Shown: positions 10,858-20,489 of the stretch, piece by piece
How positions within the stretch are numbered: position 1 is the first letter of the stretch
How the letters are laid out: every line of letters starts with the position of its first letter
From: Alphaproteobacteria bacterium
GTDB lineage: Bacteria > Pseudomonadota > Alphaproteobacteria > Rickettsiales > JABCZZ01
Direction: 5' to 3'
Length of the DNA: 64,000 nt
NCBI GenBank assembly: GCA_013286285.1
Contig: JABDGA010000001.1
Location: 4,413-68,412, forward strand
Notes under the pieces: model-generated
Told to the model about the DNA's origin: nothing
Seen by the model: only the letters and a program-made list of their open reading frames with translations
Databases searched by the model: none
Position numbers and translations under genes: made by a program

Positions 10858-12135
10858 ATGCCTTTAGATACTCCGGATTCAGATTTATATCTCAAACGCA
10901 AAAATTGGGGGGATGAAGAGGAATATCCTGTTATCGCGGCGCTGTGGAGCATTTCCGAATCTCAGCCTCTTGCAGAAATTGAACGAGTAGGAAAAAGAAA
11001 GTTGTTGCTGCATCGAACCGTAGCAACCGGTAGGCAACAAAAGGAAGTATCTTTAGAGGAAAAAGAGTACTTCTTAAGAGAAAAAAAGAGATATGCAGAA
11101 AGTGTTTATGATAGCGCCCTGGAGTATAATCCCTTATTCTTAAAGAAGTTGTTTGAGCAAGTAACGCATACACTTACCCCAGGAGAGAAATATACGGTGC
11201 ATATTCCTCTGCAGTCAAAAAACAGTAATTTTGATCCCGAGCCAAAAGAGGCGATAAGGCTGGATACGAATACGCTGGCGATTATGACATGCGTCAACGT
11301 GGCAGAGGGTTTAAACACCATGGCCCAAGCAAAGGGTTGGAACAACTTGAAGTTTTCCGTCGGTGATGTGGAAGAAGCGGAGAAAATGAATGCAAAATAT
11401 GGGATACGGGAAAAAACACGCTTTTTGATTAAGGAAGCACTCAGTACCGACAGCCGCAGCACAAGCAATATAATCGACCGATTTGTCAAGCAGCCTAAAT
11501 ACAATGTATCCCATAAAGAGGCGAGTAACATAAAAGAAGGCGATATGCTGCTCTTGGCGGATGATTGCGTGCAGGCCGGAGGAGTGACGGCATCAATGCT
11601 GACAGCCTTGGAGGGCTGTAATGTGTTAGGAATAGCCGCCTTGTCCTGCCTTCCCGAAACAAGAACGCTTAAACCACCTCATGAACTAAGGGAAGGATTA
11701 GACATGGCGCTCGACTATTGTGTTAGGATTCACAATAATGGGCAGACGAATAGCGCTCAATTGGATGAATATAAAAAAACATTAGAAGAGGCTTTGGGAT
11801 TAGTTGGGCTTTCCATGGATAGCTTGACCAGCCGAGAGATTTTAATGCTCATGGCTCTTTTTTTGGATGAAACTCATGAAGAAGATATTACTATTAATGG
11901 AGAAAGTTGCCGTCAATTCTTTGGGCATATGAAAGAAGTAGCCAATTTTAACTCTTCTATTGTAGAGGGCGAGGATAGTGTAAAAAAGAATTTTAGATTA
12001 AAACATCTTAATAATAATAAAACAACTACCACCGCCCTTACTCCTCAAGAATTTGCCGATCAGCTCTCGGAACGAATTCAGCAACTTACGGCTGCAAAAG
12101 ATGGGTCCCCACAGCTAGAAGGAATGAGACGATAA
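10858..12135 (+). CDS. hypothetical protein with a type-I phosphoribosyltransferase-like PRPP loop
   Basis: 425-aa ORF in a stretch that looks AT-richer by eye. 'GDMLLLADDCVQAGGVTASMLTALEGCNVLGIAAL' resembles the PRTase PRPP-binding motif. The rest is unrecognised. Confidence 0.65.
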   Translation: MPLDTPDSDLYLKRKNWGDEEEYPVIAALWSISESQPLAEIERVGKRKLLLHRTVATGRQQKEVSLEEKEYFLREKKRYAESVYDSALEYNPLFLKKLFEQVTHTLTPGEKYTVHIPLQSKNSNFDPEPKEAIRLDTNTLAIMTCVNVAEGLNTMAQAKGWNNLKFSVGDVEEAEKMNAKYGIREKTRFLIKEALSTDSRSTSNIIDRFVKQPKYNVSHKEASNIKEGDMLLLADDCVQAGGVTASMLTALEGCNVLGIAALSCLPETRTLKPPHELREGLDMALDYCVRIHNNGQTNSAQLDEYKKTLEEALGLVGLSMDSLTSREILMLMALFLDETHEEDITINGESCRQFFGHMKEVANFNSSIVEGEDSVKKNFRLKHLNNNKTTTTALTPQEFADQLSERIQQLTAAKDGSPQLEGMRR

Positions 12136-12211
12136 TCGGTTGCGCTCTTGAAAGAAGAGAGTGGCAATGATAAGAGCTTATCTCTGATGAATTAAATTAT
12201 TTGAGTTGAGA

Positions 12212-13126
12212 ATGGCATTTCTATCCGATGAAGCTGTAAGCACACCTGTGAGTAATCACTATATCGTACAAGTAACTGCGCAAAACTTCATGCACGAGGT
12301 CATAGAAGCTTCGCTGAAGCTGCCGGTGCTGGTCTATTTTACGGCGGCGTGGTGTGGGCCATGCAAGCAGTTTGGTCCCTTGCTGGAAAAAGTGGTGAAC
12401 GATGCCAAAGGGCGCGTGAAGCTCGCAAAGGTGGATGTGGATGCCAGCCCTCAACTGGCGCAGCAGTTCCGCATACAATCCGTCCCCATGGTCTATATTT
12501 TTGTAAGTGGTCAGCCGGTGGATGCGTTTTCAGGGGCGATGCCGGAGAGCCAGCTCAAGCAGTTGCTCAGCCAGTTTATGGTAGCGACTCCTGAGGAAGA
12601 AGACGCCAAGGCGACGTTGGCAAAAGCTAAGGAATTGCTGGCTGAGGGGAAAGCGGAGCAGGCCTTGCAATATTACCAGTTAGTCGCGACGCAAGATAAA
12701 GAGAATGTGGAAGCGGTAGCCGGGCTTGCTCTGGCGCATATCGTACTTGGCGCTATAGATAAAGCGGAAGAATTGCTGCGGACTGTTCCGGAAAAGGCAG
12801 CCAACAATGAATTTGTTATTTCCGCCAATGCCCGGCTGGCGCTGGCTAAGGCTGCGCCAAAACTGCTGGATACCGAGAAATTGCGCGAGGCTCTTGCGCA
12901 AAAACCAGAGGATCATGAAAGCCGCTATACGCTAGCAAATGCCCTGTTTTCTGCTGGGCAAGCAGAAGAGGCTATCAATGAACTGTTGCATATTATTGCC
13001 AGTAATAAAGATTGGAATGAAGGCGCAGCACGAAAGCAGCTTTTGGTGATTTTTGAAGCGCTGGGGTTTGAAAATCCACTTGCCTCCCAGGGCAGGCGCA
13101 AGCTTTCCGCTATTTTATTTAAATAG
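12212..13126 (+). CDS. thioredoxin-domain plus TPR co-chaperone (YbbN/CnoX-like)
   Basis: '[16 protein letters not shown]' thioredoxin motif followed by TPR-like helices. ATG 12212 is preferred over the TTG at 12206. Confidence 0.85.
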   Translation: MAFLSDEAVSTPVSNHYIVQVTAQNFMHEVIEASLKLPVLVYFTAAWCGPCKQFGPLLEKVVNDAKGRVKLAKVDVDASPQLAQQFRIQSVPMVYIFVSGQPVDAFSGAMPESQLKQLLSQFMVATPEEEDAKATLAKAKELLAEGKAEQALQYYQLVATQDKENVEAVAGLALAHIVLGAIDKAEELLRTVPEKAANNEFVISANARLALAKAAPKLLDTEKLREALAQKPEDHESRYTLANALFSAGQAEEAINELLHIIASNKDWNEGAARKQLLVIFEALGFENPLASQGRRKLSAILFK

Positions 13127-13133
13127 GGCTACT

Positions 13134-13307
13134 ATGACCACTATCGATCCCAAGCTTCTTGAAATCCTGGTGTGCCCGTTGACCAAGGGGCTCTTGCGTT
13201 ATGACTCTGCCAACAATGAGCTTATCAGTGGTAAAGCGAAACTTGCCTATCCCATCCGCGACGGTATACCAATTATGCTGGTGGAAGAAGCAAGAGAGTT
13301 AGAATAG
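13134..13307 (+). CDS. Trm112/YcaR (UPF0434) family small protein
   Basis: 57 aa: '[17 protein letters not shown]...[17 protein letters not shown]'. The ATG at 13134 lies within the longer listed ORF 13053..13307. Confidence 0.8.
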   Translation: MTTIDPKLLEILVCPLTKGLLRYDSANNELISGKAKLAYPIRDGIPIMLVEEARELE

Positions 13308-13315
13308 TAGCATCA

Positions 13316-15025
13316 TTACGACGGCAATACCCGTGAAGCGGGAAAAGTAACGCGTACGGTAGTGCCCTCATCGACTGTGCTTCCGAGCGCGAACCTACCG
13401 CCGTGGAGTTCGGTAAACATCTTGCATAAGGGTAACCCAAGGCCGGTGCCTTCATTATTCTGATTTCGATGTATCTGACCAAATACCGAAAGTGCGACCG
13501 GTATATCTTTTTCAGCGATGCCCATGCCGGTGTCCGATACGATCATGTGAATGTTTTTACTATCATCCCGTTGCAACATGACTTTTATGGTGCCGTTATC
13601 CGGCGTAAACTTCAGGGAATTAGATAACAGGTTCAGCAGTATCTGGCGGATTTTACGTTTATCGCCCCATACATCCGGGATGTTTTCCTCCACCTCGATC
13701 AGCATGTTCATATGCTTTTCCTTGATCTTGCTGTTCATGATGCGCAGTGATTCGTTCACGATTTCGCGCATCGGCACGCGTTCTTCGCCCAGTTCGAGCT
13801 TACCTGCAGCGCCTTTGGAAAATTCAAGGATGTCGGTAATCAGATTCAGTAGATGGCTGCCACAGAGATTGATATCATTGATGCGTTCTTTTTGTTTGGG
13901 ATTTAAGGGGCCGAAATAGCCGGAGTTCATCATCTCGGAAAATCCGATAATGGCGTTGAGTGGTGTCCTGAGCTCATGGCTCATGGTGGCGAGGAATTCC
14001 GATTTTGCCTGACTTGCCAGCACTGCGGCTGCTTCCGATTTCTCTACATTCATAATCTGTTCAGCCATAGCGATGGCAAAAAAGGAAAGCAGGGAGCCGA
14101 AAATAATAAAGATGATGAGGAAGCATATATCCTTGAAACGTATTTCCTGCCAGGCTTTCATATAGTCGGCTTCGTCCAGCACGATGGTTACCAGCACGGG
14201 AAAGGTTTTCAAGCGGATGAAGCCATATATTTCAATAGCACCATTAATATTATAGCCATTCACGACGGCGCCCGTGCCGGGATTTTGCTTGTGTCCAGCA
14301 GCGGCAAGGTAGTTCAGGTCGTTGTCGTAAGAGTTCCCATGCGGGCTTTCCGCCAGCAGGGCGCCGTTATCAGAAAGCTGCAGGGAGATATAGCTCTGGC
14401 TTCCCTGTTCGACCATGCGCAAATAGTTGATAAGAAATTCGGAGTTAATGGCAGCAATAAATGCGCCGCCGAAGCTGCCGTCAGGATGTTCCACCCTGCG
14501 TCCCATGAGGATGAAGCTGAACCCGTCTTTGCGTACGTGCCGGAGCTTCGCCATGACCAGGTCTTTATTATGTTCGTATTTTATTTGCTGGAACAATATG
14601 TTGTCGTTGAATGAATAGTGATCGTAATCCATCCAGTTACTATAATTCTCCTTATGCGCCGCCATAATGGGTGTGCCGGATTCATCCACAAAAATCAGGG
14701 CGGACAAATGCGGCGTCTCCTTTACCAGATCCTGCATGTTGCTTAAGGTTTTCTCCGGTGTATTTCCCGTATAGCTTTCATTGTAATACTGGTGCTGAAC
14801 CGCGCGCTTGAGGGCGTTGTCCACCCCGACGAAAGTCGGTTCGACCTGTTGGGACATGATATGCAGCAGCCGCATATCGTTACTGAGGGCTTCATCACGC
14901 GTAAGCCTTGCGGCCTTGAATATTTGATCCACCACAATCCAGCTGAATATTAGCATGATGATGATGCTGAAAATGGTAATATTGCGTATGCGCTTTGATG
15001 ATTTTTTATGAATTTCGCTCATCAT
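13316..15025 (-). CDS. orphan sensor histidine kinase (periplasmic sensor domain, HisKA, HATPase_c)
   Basis: 569 aa with two TM segments flanking a ~270-aa loop. H-box 'ATMSHELRTPLNAIIGFSEMM', N-box 'LLNLLSNSLKFT', and G-boxes 'SDTGMGI' and 'GTGLGLPLC'. No response regulator gene is adjacent. Confidence 0.9.
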   Translation of the reverse strand: MMSEIHKKSSKRIRNITIFSIIIMLIFSWIVVDQIFKAARLTRDEALSNDMRLLHIMSQQVEPTFVGVDNALKRAVQHQYYNESYTGNTPEKTLSNMQDLVKETPHLSALIFVDESGTPIMAAHKENYSNWMDYDHYSFNDNILFQQIKYEHNKDLVMAKLRHVRKDGFSFILMGRRVEHPDGSFGGAFIAAINSEFLINYLRMVEQGSQSYISLQLSDNGALLAESPHGNSYDNDLNYLAAAGHKQNPGTGAVVNGYNINGAIEIYGFIRLKTFPVLVTIVLDEADYMKAWQEIRFKDICFLIIFIIFGSLLSFFAIAMAEQIMNVEKSEAAAVLASQAKSEFLATMSHELRTPLNAIIGFSEMMNSGYFGPLNPKQKERINDINLCGSHLLNLITDILEFSKGAAGKLELGEERVPMREIVNESLRIMNSKIKEKHMNMLIEVEENIPDVWGDKRKIRQILLNLLSNSLKFTPDNGTIKVMLQRDDSKNIHMIVSDTGMGIAEKDIPVALSVFGQIHRNQNNEGTGLGLPLCKMFTELHGGRFALGSTVDEGTTVRVTFPASRVLPS

Positions 15026-15048
15026 CGTTCCTGTACACTGCGCTGCGC

Positions 15049-15105
15049 AGCATTTATGTTGTTTTCTGCATAGTGGAAAACGGCTTCAATGAGCGGATAT
15101 ACCCG
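15049..15105 (+). repeat. 57-nt intergenic repeat, copy 1 (hairpin-containing)
   Basis: 49/57 identical to the reverse complement of 37702-37758. The shared core is ttctgcaNagNggaaaacggcttcaatgaNcgNatataccc. Confidence 0.8.
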
Positions 15106-15333
15106 TTGCATTGCTTTGATTCTTATACAAATTATTGGCATATAATGGCTATTGTACCATTGAATTATGTCAAATTCGTTAACAGGAATGATTTTCTGTG
15201 TCCGAAGCTAATATGTTGATTTTTAGTAGTAAAAATGATAAAATTTCTGTTTTTTCTGACTATTGCAACGCCGGCAGTATATATCTTGATAAATAGTTTC
15301 CGATTTGTTAGACAGAGCACTTCTATAAACTGT

Positions 15334-15418
15334 GCGGTCGTGGCGGAATTGGTATACGCGCAACGTTGAGGTCGTTGTGGGGCAACCCATGGAAGTTCAA
15401 GTCTTCTCGACCGCACCA
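15334..15418 (+). tRNA. tRNA-Leu(GAG)
   Basis: Acceptor gcggtcg/cgaccgc, anticodon arm caacg-ttGAGgt-cgttg, a long variable arm, T-loop ttcaagt, and an encoded CCA. Confidence 0.9.
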
Positions 15419-15486
15419 TTTATTGAATTAACTATTGGTGACATTTATAATAATAGGCACGCTGAATTTAGTACGGTGAGAGTGGT

Positions 15487-15840
15487 ATGCCTACCCCTGA
15501 AATCCAATCGTTCCTTGCAAAAATAGCATTCAATTCCGATGGGCTTGTGCCGGTTATCGTTCAACGTCAAAGCAATGGCGAGGTATTGATGCTGGCATGG
15601 ATGAACCGTGAGGCCTTTACCCTGACCATGCAGACGGGAGATATGACCTATTGGTCACGCTCACGGCAGAAGCTCTGGCGGAAGGGGGAAACCTCCGGCC
15701 ATACGCAGAAGCTTAAGGAAATACGGCTGGATTGCGACGGTGATACATTGCTTGCCGAAGTGGAACAGGTGGGAGCCGCCTGCCATACCGGTGCGCCGAA
15801 TTGCTTTTTTCAGAATTTTTCTGTACATACATCATCATGA
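15487..15840 (+). CDS. hisI: phosphoribosyl-AMP cyclohydrolase
   Basis: 117 aa with 'GLVPVIVQ', '[10 protein letters not shown]', '[18 protein letters not shown]', 'DCDGDTLL' and 'ACHTG'. Its stop overlaps the gltX ATG (ATGA). Confidence 0.9.
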   Translation: MPTPEIQSFLAKIAFNSDGLVPVIVQRQSNGEVLMLAWMNREAFTLTMQTGDMTYWSRSRQKLWRKGETSGHTQKLKEIRLDCDGDTLLAEVEQVGAACHTGAPNCFFQNFSVHTSS

Positions 15841-17156
15841 CCATCTCCGTCCGTTTTGCTCCTTCCCCGACCGGCTATCTGCATGTCGGCAATGTGCGCA
15901 CCGCTTTGGTAAACTTTCTGTTTACCCGTAAGGCTGGCGGACGGTTTCTGTTGCGGATTGACGATACCGATACCGGAAGATCCAGGCCGGAATATGTACA
16001 CGCGCTAGAGGAAGATATGCGTTGGCTTGGGTTAATCTGGGATGATTATAAAAAACAGTCCGACCGGTTTGATGCCTATGAGATGGCCAGGCAGAAGCTG
16101 ATGGCGGCAGGCAGGTTATACCCATGCTATGAAACGCCGGAAGAGCTGGAAATGCGTCGAAAAATGCAGGCGGGTCGTGGTCTTCCTCCGATTTATGATC
16201 GTGCGGCGCTGCAACTGTCCCAAATACAGAAAGAGAAATATGCAAAGGAAGGCCGTAAACCACATTACCGTTTTCTGCTGGAGGATAAACCGATCGTCTG
16301 GTATGATCTCATCCGCGGTGAGGTCCGGTTTGAAGGGGCACATGTAAGCGATCCGGTATTGGTGCGTGAGGATGGGGTGCCGCTTTACACGCTTGCTTCC
16401 GTGGTGGATGACACGGAGATGGGCATCACCCATATTATTCGCGGGGAGGATCATGTCAGCAATACCGCCGTGCAGATGCAGATTTTTACGGCATTGGGAG
16501 CGGTTGCGCCGCAATTTGGGCATCTGGCATTGCTAAAAAGCAGTGAAGGTGAGCTTTCCAAGCGGGTAGGAGGTAACGATATACGGAGCCTGCGTGACGC
16601 CGGAATCGAGCCTATGGCGATCAACAACCTGCTGGCCAAGCTCGGCACCAGCGATCCGGTGGAAGCCTTTCCGGACATGCAATCGCTTATTGAGGCGTTT
16701 GATATTAAAAAATTCGGGCGCGCCACTGCGAATTATGACGTGCATGAGCTGGAGCGGTTAAATGGAAAGCTGCTGCATAAGCTGCCTTTTACCGCCGTAA
16801 AGGAGAGATTGCCATTTGCCGATGAGCATTTCTGGCTGTCCGTAAGGGCGAACATTAAGACGCTTGCAGAAGTAAAAACGTGGTCGGATATTGTGCATGG
16901 CGAGACAGGGAAATATGGCAACGCAGAACACACGGAATATTTAGCAAAAGCCCTTTCGTTGCTTCCCTCCGGCAATTGGGATGAGACAAGCTGGGGAATA
17001 TGGACACAATCGGTTTCCGCAGATACCGGACGTAAAGGCAAGGAATTATTCTTGCCGCTCAGGCTGGCGCTTACCGGCCTGGAACATGGCCCGGAAATGA
17101 AATTCCTGCTGCCTTTAATCGGGCGCGAAAAGACGTTGCAAAGGCTGAAGAAATGA
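15837..17156 (+). CDS. gltX: glutamate--tRNA ligase
   Basis: '[20 protein letters not shown]' (HIGH region) and 'LSKRVG' (KMSKS-like). ATG 15837 is preferred over the upstream listed start 15801. Confidence 0.9.
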   Translation: MTISVRFAPSPTGYLHVGNVRTALVNFLFTRKAGGRFLLRIDDTDTGRSRPEYVHALEEDMRWLGLIWDDYKKQSDRFDAYEMARQKLMAAGRLYPCYETPEELEMRRKMQAGRGLPPIYDRAALQLSQIQKEKYAKEGRKPHYRFLLEDKPIVWYDLIRGEVRFEGAHVSDPVLVREDGVPLYTLASVVDDTEMGITHIIRGEDHVSNTAVQMQIFTALGAVAPQFGHLALLKSSEGELSKRVGGNDIRSLRDAGIEPMAINNLLAKLGTSDPVEAFPDMQSLIEAFDIKKFGRATANYDVHELERLNGKLLHKLPFTAVKERLPFADEHFWLSVRANIKTLAEVKTWSDIVHGETGKYGNAEHTEYLAKALSLLPSGNWDETSWGIWTQSVSADTGRKGKELFLPLRLALTGLEHGPEMKFLLPLIGREKTLQRLKK

Positions 17157-18481
17157 CCATTTATTTGTACAATACCCTTACACGGAAAAAAGAAGAATTC
17201 ATACCGGAGGATGCAAATAATGTCCGCATGTATGTCTGCGGGCCGACGGTCTATGATCGTGCGCATCTGGGCAATGCCCGTTCGGTAGTGGTGTATGATG
17301 TGTTGTTTCGTATCCTGCAGCTGGTCTATGGCACGAAGCATGTGACGTATATCCGCAATATTACGGATGTGGATGACAAGATAAATGCCGCCGCCAAAGC
17401 GCAGTCTATAACAATCCAGGCGCTTACAGCGCAGATGACGCAATGGTTCCATGGCGACATGCAGGCATTAAATGTCCTGCCGCCAACGAAAGAGCCGAAA
17501 GCGACTGAGCATATAAAGCAGATGATCGATATGATCGAAAAACTCATCGCGCATAAGAAAGCCTATGTGGCAAAAGGCAATGTCCTTTTCAGCGTCAAAG
17601 CGATGCCGGAATATGGCAAATTATCCAGGCGCGTGCAGGAAGAACTGGAATCAGGCGCGAGAATCAAGGTGGAAGGATATAAAAAAGATCCGAATGACTT
17701 TGTGCTCTGGAAACCTGCTGATGCAGAGGATGATTCTTCCAGTGTGTTTGATAGTCCCTGGGGTAAGGGCAGGCCAGGCTGGCATATTGAATGCTCTGCG
17801 ATGAGCACACAATATCTCAGCCAGAATTTTGATATTCATGGCGGAGGTTCTGATCTGATGTTCCCGCATCATGAGAATGAAATCGCCCAGTCCTGCGGCA
17901 CTTATCCGGGATCACATTTTGCCAGATACTGGGTGCATAACGGATTCCTGACGGTTAATGGTGAGAAAATGAGCAAGTCTCTGGGCAATTTTATCACCGT
18001 CAAGGACTTGCTGGATAAGGGAGTGAAAGGTGAGGTGATTCGTTATGCGCTGCTTAAAACCAAATATAATGAGCCTCTCGACTGGAGCGAAAAACTTCTA
18101 AATGATGCAAAAAAAGAACTGGACACGTTATACAGGCGGTTAAGCAAACAGGAACAGCAGAGCGACGATGTATCTGAAATTGTAAACGCGTTGTCGCAGG
18201 ACATGAATTTACCGGTGGCAATAAGCGCATTGCACGCGAATCCGGGGAATGGCCTGAGGAAGATGGGAGGAGTGCTGGGGATTCTACAGCAGGATCCTGA
18301 TACATGGTTCAAAGGCACGGATTCTAGCGGTATAGATATAGAGGGTTTAGTCAATGCCCGCCGCACTGCTAAAAAAGCAAAGAATTGGGCAGAGGCGGAT
18401 AGGATTCGTAACGCGTTAAAACAGCAGGGAATCCTGCTGGAAGATCGGCCGGACGGCACGAGTAACTGGCGCAGGGAATAA
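17153..18481 (+). CDS. cysS: cysteine--tRNA ligase
   Basis: 442 aa with 'MYVCGPTVYDRAHLGNARS', 'GWHIECSAM', 'HGGGSDLMFPHHENEIAQ' and 'KMSKSLGN'. There is a 4-nt overlap with gltX. Confidence 0.93.
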   Translation: MTIYLYNTLTRKKEEFIPEDANNVRMYVCGPTVYDRAHLGNARSVVVYDVLFRILQLVYGTKHVTYIRNITDVDDKINAAAKAQSITIQALTAQMTQWFHGDMQALNVLPPTKEPKATEHIKQMIDMIEKLIAHKKAYVAKGNVLFSVKAMPEYGKLSRRVQEELESGARIKVEGYKKDPNDFVLWKPADAEDDSSSVFDSPWGKGRPGWHIECSAMSTQYLSQNFDIHGGGSDLMFPHHENEIAQSCGTYPGSHFARYWVHNGFLTVNGEKMSKSLGNFITVKDLLDKGVKGEVIRYALLKTKYNEPLDWSEKLLNDAKKELDTLYRRLSKQEQQSDDVSEIVNALSQDMNLPVAISALHANPGNGLRKMGGVLGILQQDPDTWFKGTDSSGIDIEGLVNARRTAKKAKNWAEADRIRNALKQQGILLEDRPDGTSNWRRE

Positions 18482-18497
18482 TACTTAAGGAGGCTAT

Positions 18498-18914
18498 ATG
18501 ATACGATATTTACCACTGGCGATGCTCTTGTTCCTGCCGCTGGCGGCCTGTGCAAATCCGGAAACGCAGGCCAAGGTGGATGCTCAGGTATGCAGCAAAT
18601 ATAAAGAGTCGCAGGCAAAACTAGATGCACTCTATGGGAATATCACCGCGCAATACGCTCAGGACAAAGTATTTATCAAGAACCTGAAAGCGGCGCAGGA
18701 GGCATGGGTAAAATACCGCGATGCGGAGTTAAAGACGATATATCCCGATGAATACCGCCATTCTTATGGATCCATTGTTCGGACATGCGAATGCACAAAA
18801 CTTAGCCAGCTTAACGAAGCGCGCATAAAAGAACTGGAACAATGGACTAAGGGAAGCAAGGACATCTGCGCGGGTACGATGCAAGGCGTTCATAGTATTA
18901 AAGCCCCTGAATAA
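18498..18914 (+). CDS. DUF1311 (LprI lysozyme-inhibitor-like) lipoprotein
   Basis: 138 aa with lipobox 'LPLAAC' and 'AQEAWVKYRDAELK...'. Its 3' end overlaps convergent holA by 17 nt. Confidence 0.7.
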   Translation: MIRYLPLAMLLFLPLAACANPETQAKVDAQVCSKYKESQAKLDALYGNITAQYAQDKVFIKNLKAAQEAWVKYRDAELKTIYPDEYRHSYGSIVRTCECTKLSQLNEARIKELEQWTKGSKDICAGTMQGVHSIKAPE

Positions 18915-19908
18915 CGGATATCGCGTTGCTGGTGAGAAGGTTTGGCGATATCATTCCGGACTTTATTTCCTTCTCAGTGCGCAGCAGCAGGTTGAGCGTT
19001 TGCAGGATTCTAGTTTCGTTCCAACGTGCAAGCGCACGCTCGATAAGGGGAATGGATTTATAAAAGACGGGTGGGCGCAGCATCTTAATCGCCTGTTCCT
19101 TGCTCTGTCCGGAACGCACATGGGCAAGCGCCAGATCCAGGCGTTGAAAGTAGCGGATGAGCGTCCGGATAACAGCGACCGGCTGCGTGCCTTCATGCAA
19201 CAGATGTTCAAGCAGCTTGCCGGATTCCTGTGCTTTGCCGAGCGCGACACTGTGACATAAATCCTCGGTGGATTCGGAGGCGTTATTCCCGGTAAGCTGC
19301 ATGGCGATTTCCAGCGTCACTTCTCTCTCATTGCCCATATAAAGGGCAATCTTTTCCAGTTCACTCCGAGTCACCGCCCGATCGTTACCAAGATTGGCCA
19401 CCAGATACATCACCGCATCGTGATTGGCCGTAAGATTAAATTCTGTGAATGCTGCCCGGATCATGCGCTCAAGCCCGCGTTCATCCTCATGATAGCAGGC
19501 GATAGTAGCAAAGTGGCTTTCTTTCTCAAACAGCTTCCTGAGTGATGAGGTCGGCGAAAGCTCATCGGCTTCAATGATAAGGAAGGTTATATTCTTAGCA
19601 CCTTCAAATGCCGATTTTACGGTCGGCTCAATTTTCTCTCCCGGATCACGCAGGATGATAACCCGTCGTCCACCCATAAGGCTTAAGGCGCTTAGCTCAT
19701 CCAGCAAAATGGCAGGATCCGCTTTAACCTGCGCACCGCTTAGTTCAACACGATTTAAGGGGTCGGATTTATCTCCCAGAATCGCAGAAGCGATCAGGCG
19801 AGAGCGCTCGCGTACCAGTCCGCTATCCGGACCGTAAAGCAATACAGCCTGTGCTTGTCTATCAGGTTGCCGAAGAAACGCTGCGGTTTCCTGCGCGGCC
19901 AGTTTCAT
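18898..19908 (-). CDS. holA: DNA polymerase III subunit delta
   Basis: 336 aa with 'VLLYGPDSGLVRERS'. It occupies the conserved leuS-lptE-holA position. Confidence 0.85.
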   Translation of the reverse strand: MKLAAQETAAFLRQPDRQAQAVLLYGPDSGLVRERSRLIASAILGDKSDPLNRVELSGAQVKADPAILLDELSALSLMGGRRVIILRDPGEKIEPTVKSAFEGAKNITFLIIEADELSPTSSLRKLFEKESHFATIACYHEDERGLERMIRAAFTEFNLTANHDAVMYLVANLGNDRAVTRSELEKIALYMGNEREVTLEIAMQLTGNNASESTEDLCHSVALGKAQESGKLLEHLLHEGTQPVAVIRTLIRYFQRLDLALAHVRSGQSKEQAIKMLRPPVFYKSIPLIERALARWNETRILQTLNLLLRTEKEIKSGMISPNLLTSNAISVIQGL

Positions 19909-20489
19909 GAGGACTTGCCTGCATAGAAGGTGGAAATGCGTAGTACATAATCCTCGGCCATCTCCTGTAAGGTGCGGGTGATGATGTTCTGTTCAGCCTC
20001 GTAAGTGGCGAAGTTAGCATTCACTGCCACATTATAGCTGCCGGTGCGCCGGATATTTCCTTCTAGTAACGTCTTTTTATCCGCCGTCCGTATGAGTTTG
20101 AAAGTGGAATTAAGCTGGATGTCATAACGCTGTACAGTACCGTCAGGCTTTACTACGGAGGGAATCAGTGATTTGGTTATCTCAATATGCAGATGGTACT
20201 CTGGGCTTGCGGATTTAAGCCCTTCAGGATTAAGTTTATCTTCCAGGGCAATCCTCAGCTCTTGTCCTTCATGCCCGCCTATCGGATCGATCCGCAGGTT
20301 GCCTGCGACCGGCGTGTCTACCAGCCCTGAGTTTTCACCATACATGGCATGAAAACCGCAGGCGGAGAGGAAAAGAAGAAAAGTAACGGGTAACGAGTAA
20401 CGAGTAACGAATCGTGTGAGTACGCGGCGGCGTGCTCCCCTGAAAAATATTCTATTGTGCCACCACATTGACAATTTTTCCCGGTACAT
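19905..20489 (-). CDS. lptE: LPS-assembly lipoprotein LptE
   Basis: Lipobox 'FLSAC' and the position between leuS and holA. The start is ambiguous (20489 or 20468), and the 5' end overlaps the leuS 3' end. Confidence 0.75.
   Translation of the reverse strand: MYREKLSMWWHNRIFFRGARRRVLTRFVTRYSLPVTFLLFLSACGFHAMYGENSGLVDTPVAGNLRIDPIGGHEGQELRIALEDKLNPEGLKSASPEYHLHIEITKSLIPSVVKPDGTVQRYDIQLNSTFKLIRTADKKTLLEGNIRRTGSYNVAVNANFATYEAEQNIITRTLQEMAEDYVLRISTFYAGKSS
20383..20410. repeat. tandem heptamer tract, 4 x GTAACGR
   Basis: gtaacgg gtaacga gtaacga gtaacga. It lies inside the lptE signal-peptide region and reads '[11 protein letters not shown]' on the coding strand. Confidence 0.9.

Noticed and set aside
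15301-15333. Sigma-70 promoter for tRNA-Leu (tataaa at 15324-15329)
   Set aside because: No convincing -35 hexamer is present at 16-18 nt spacing, so it is not reported as a feature.
16733-18630. Minus-strand ORFs 16733..17452 (239 aa) and 18043..18630 (195 aa)
   Set aside because: Both are antisense to gltX/cysS, which have unambiguous class I synthetase motifs. The same reasoning rejects 3126..3794, 4566..5198, 9886..10494, 13976..14614, 21268..21894 and 53177..53761.
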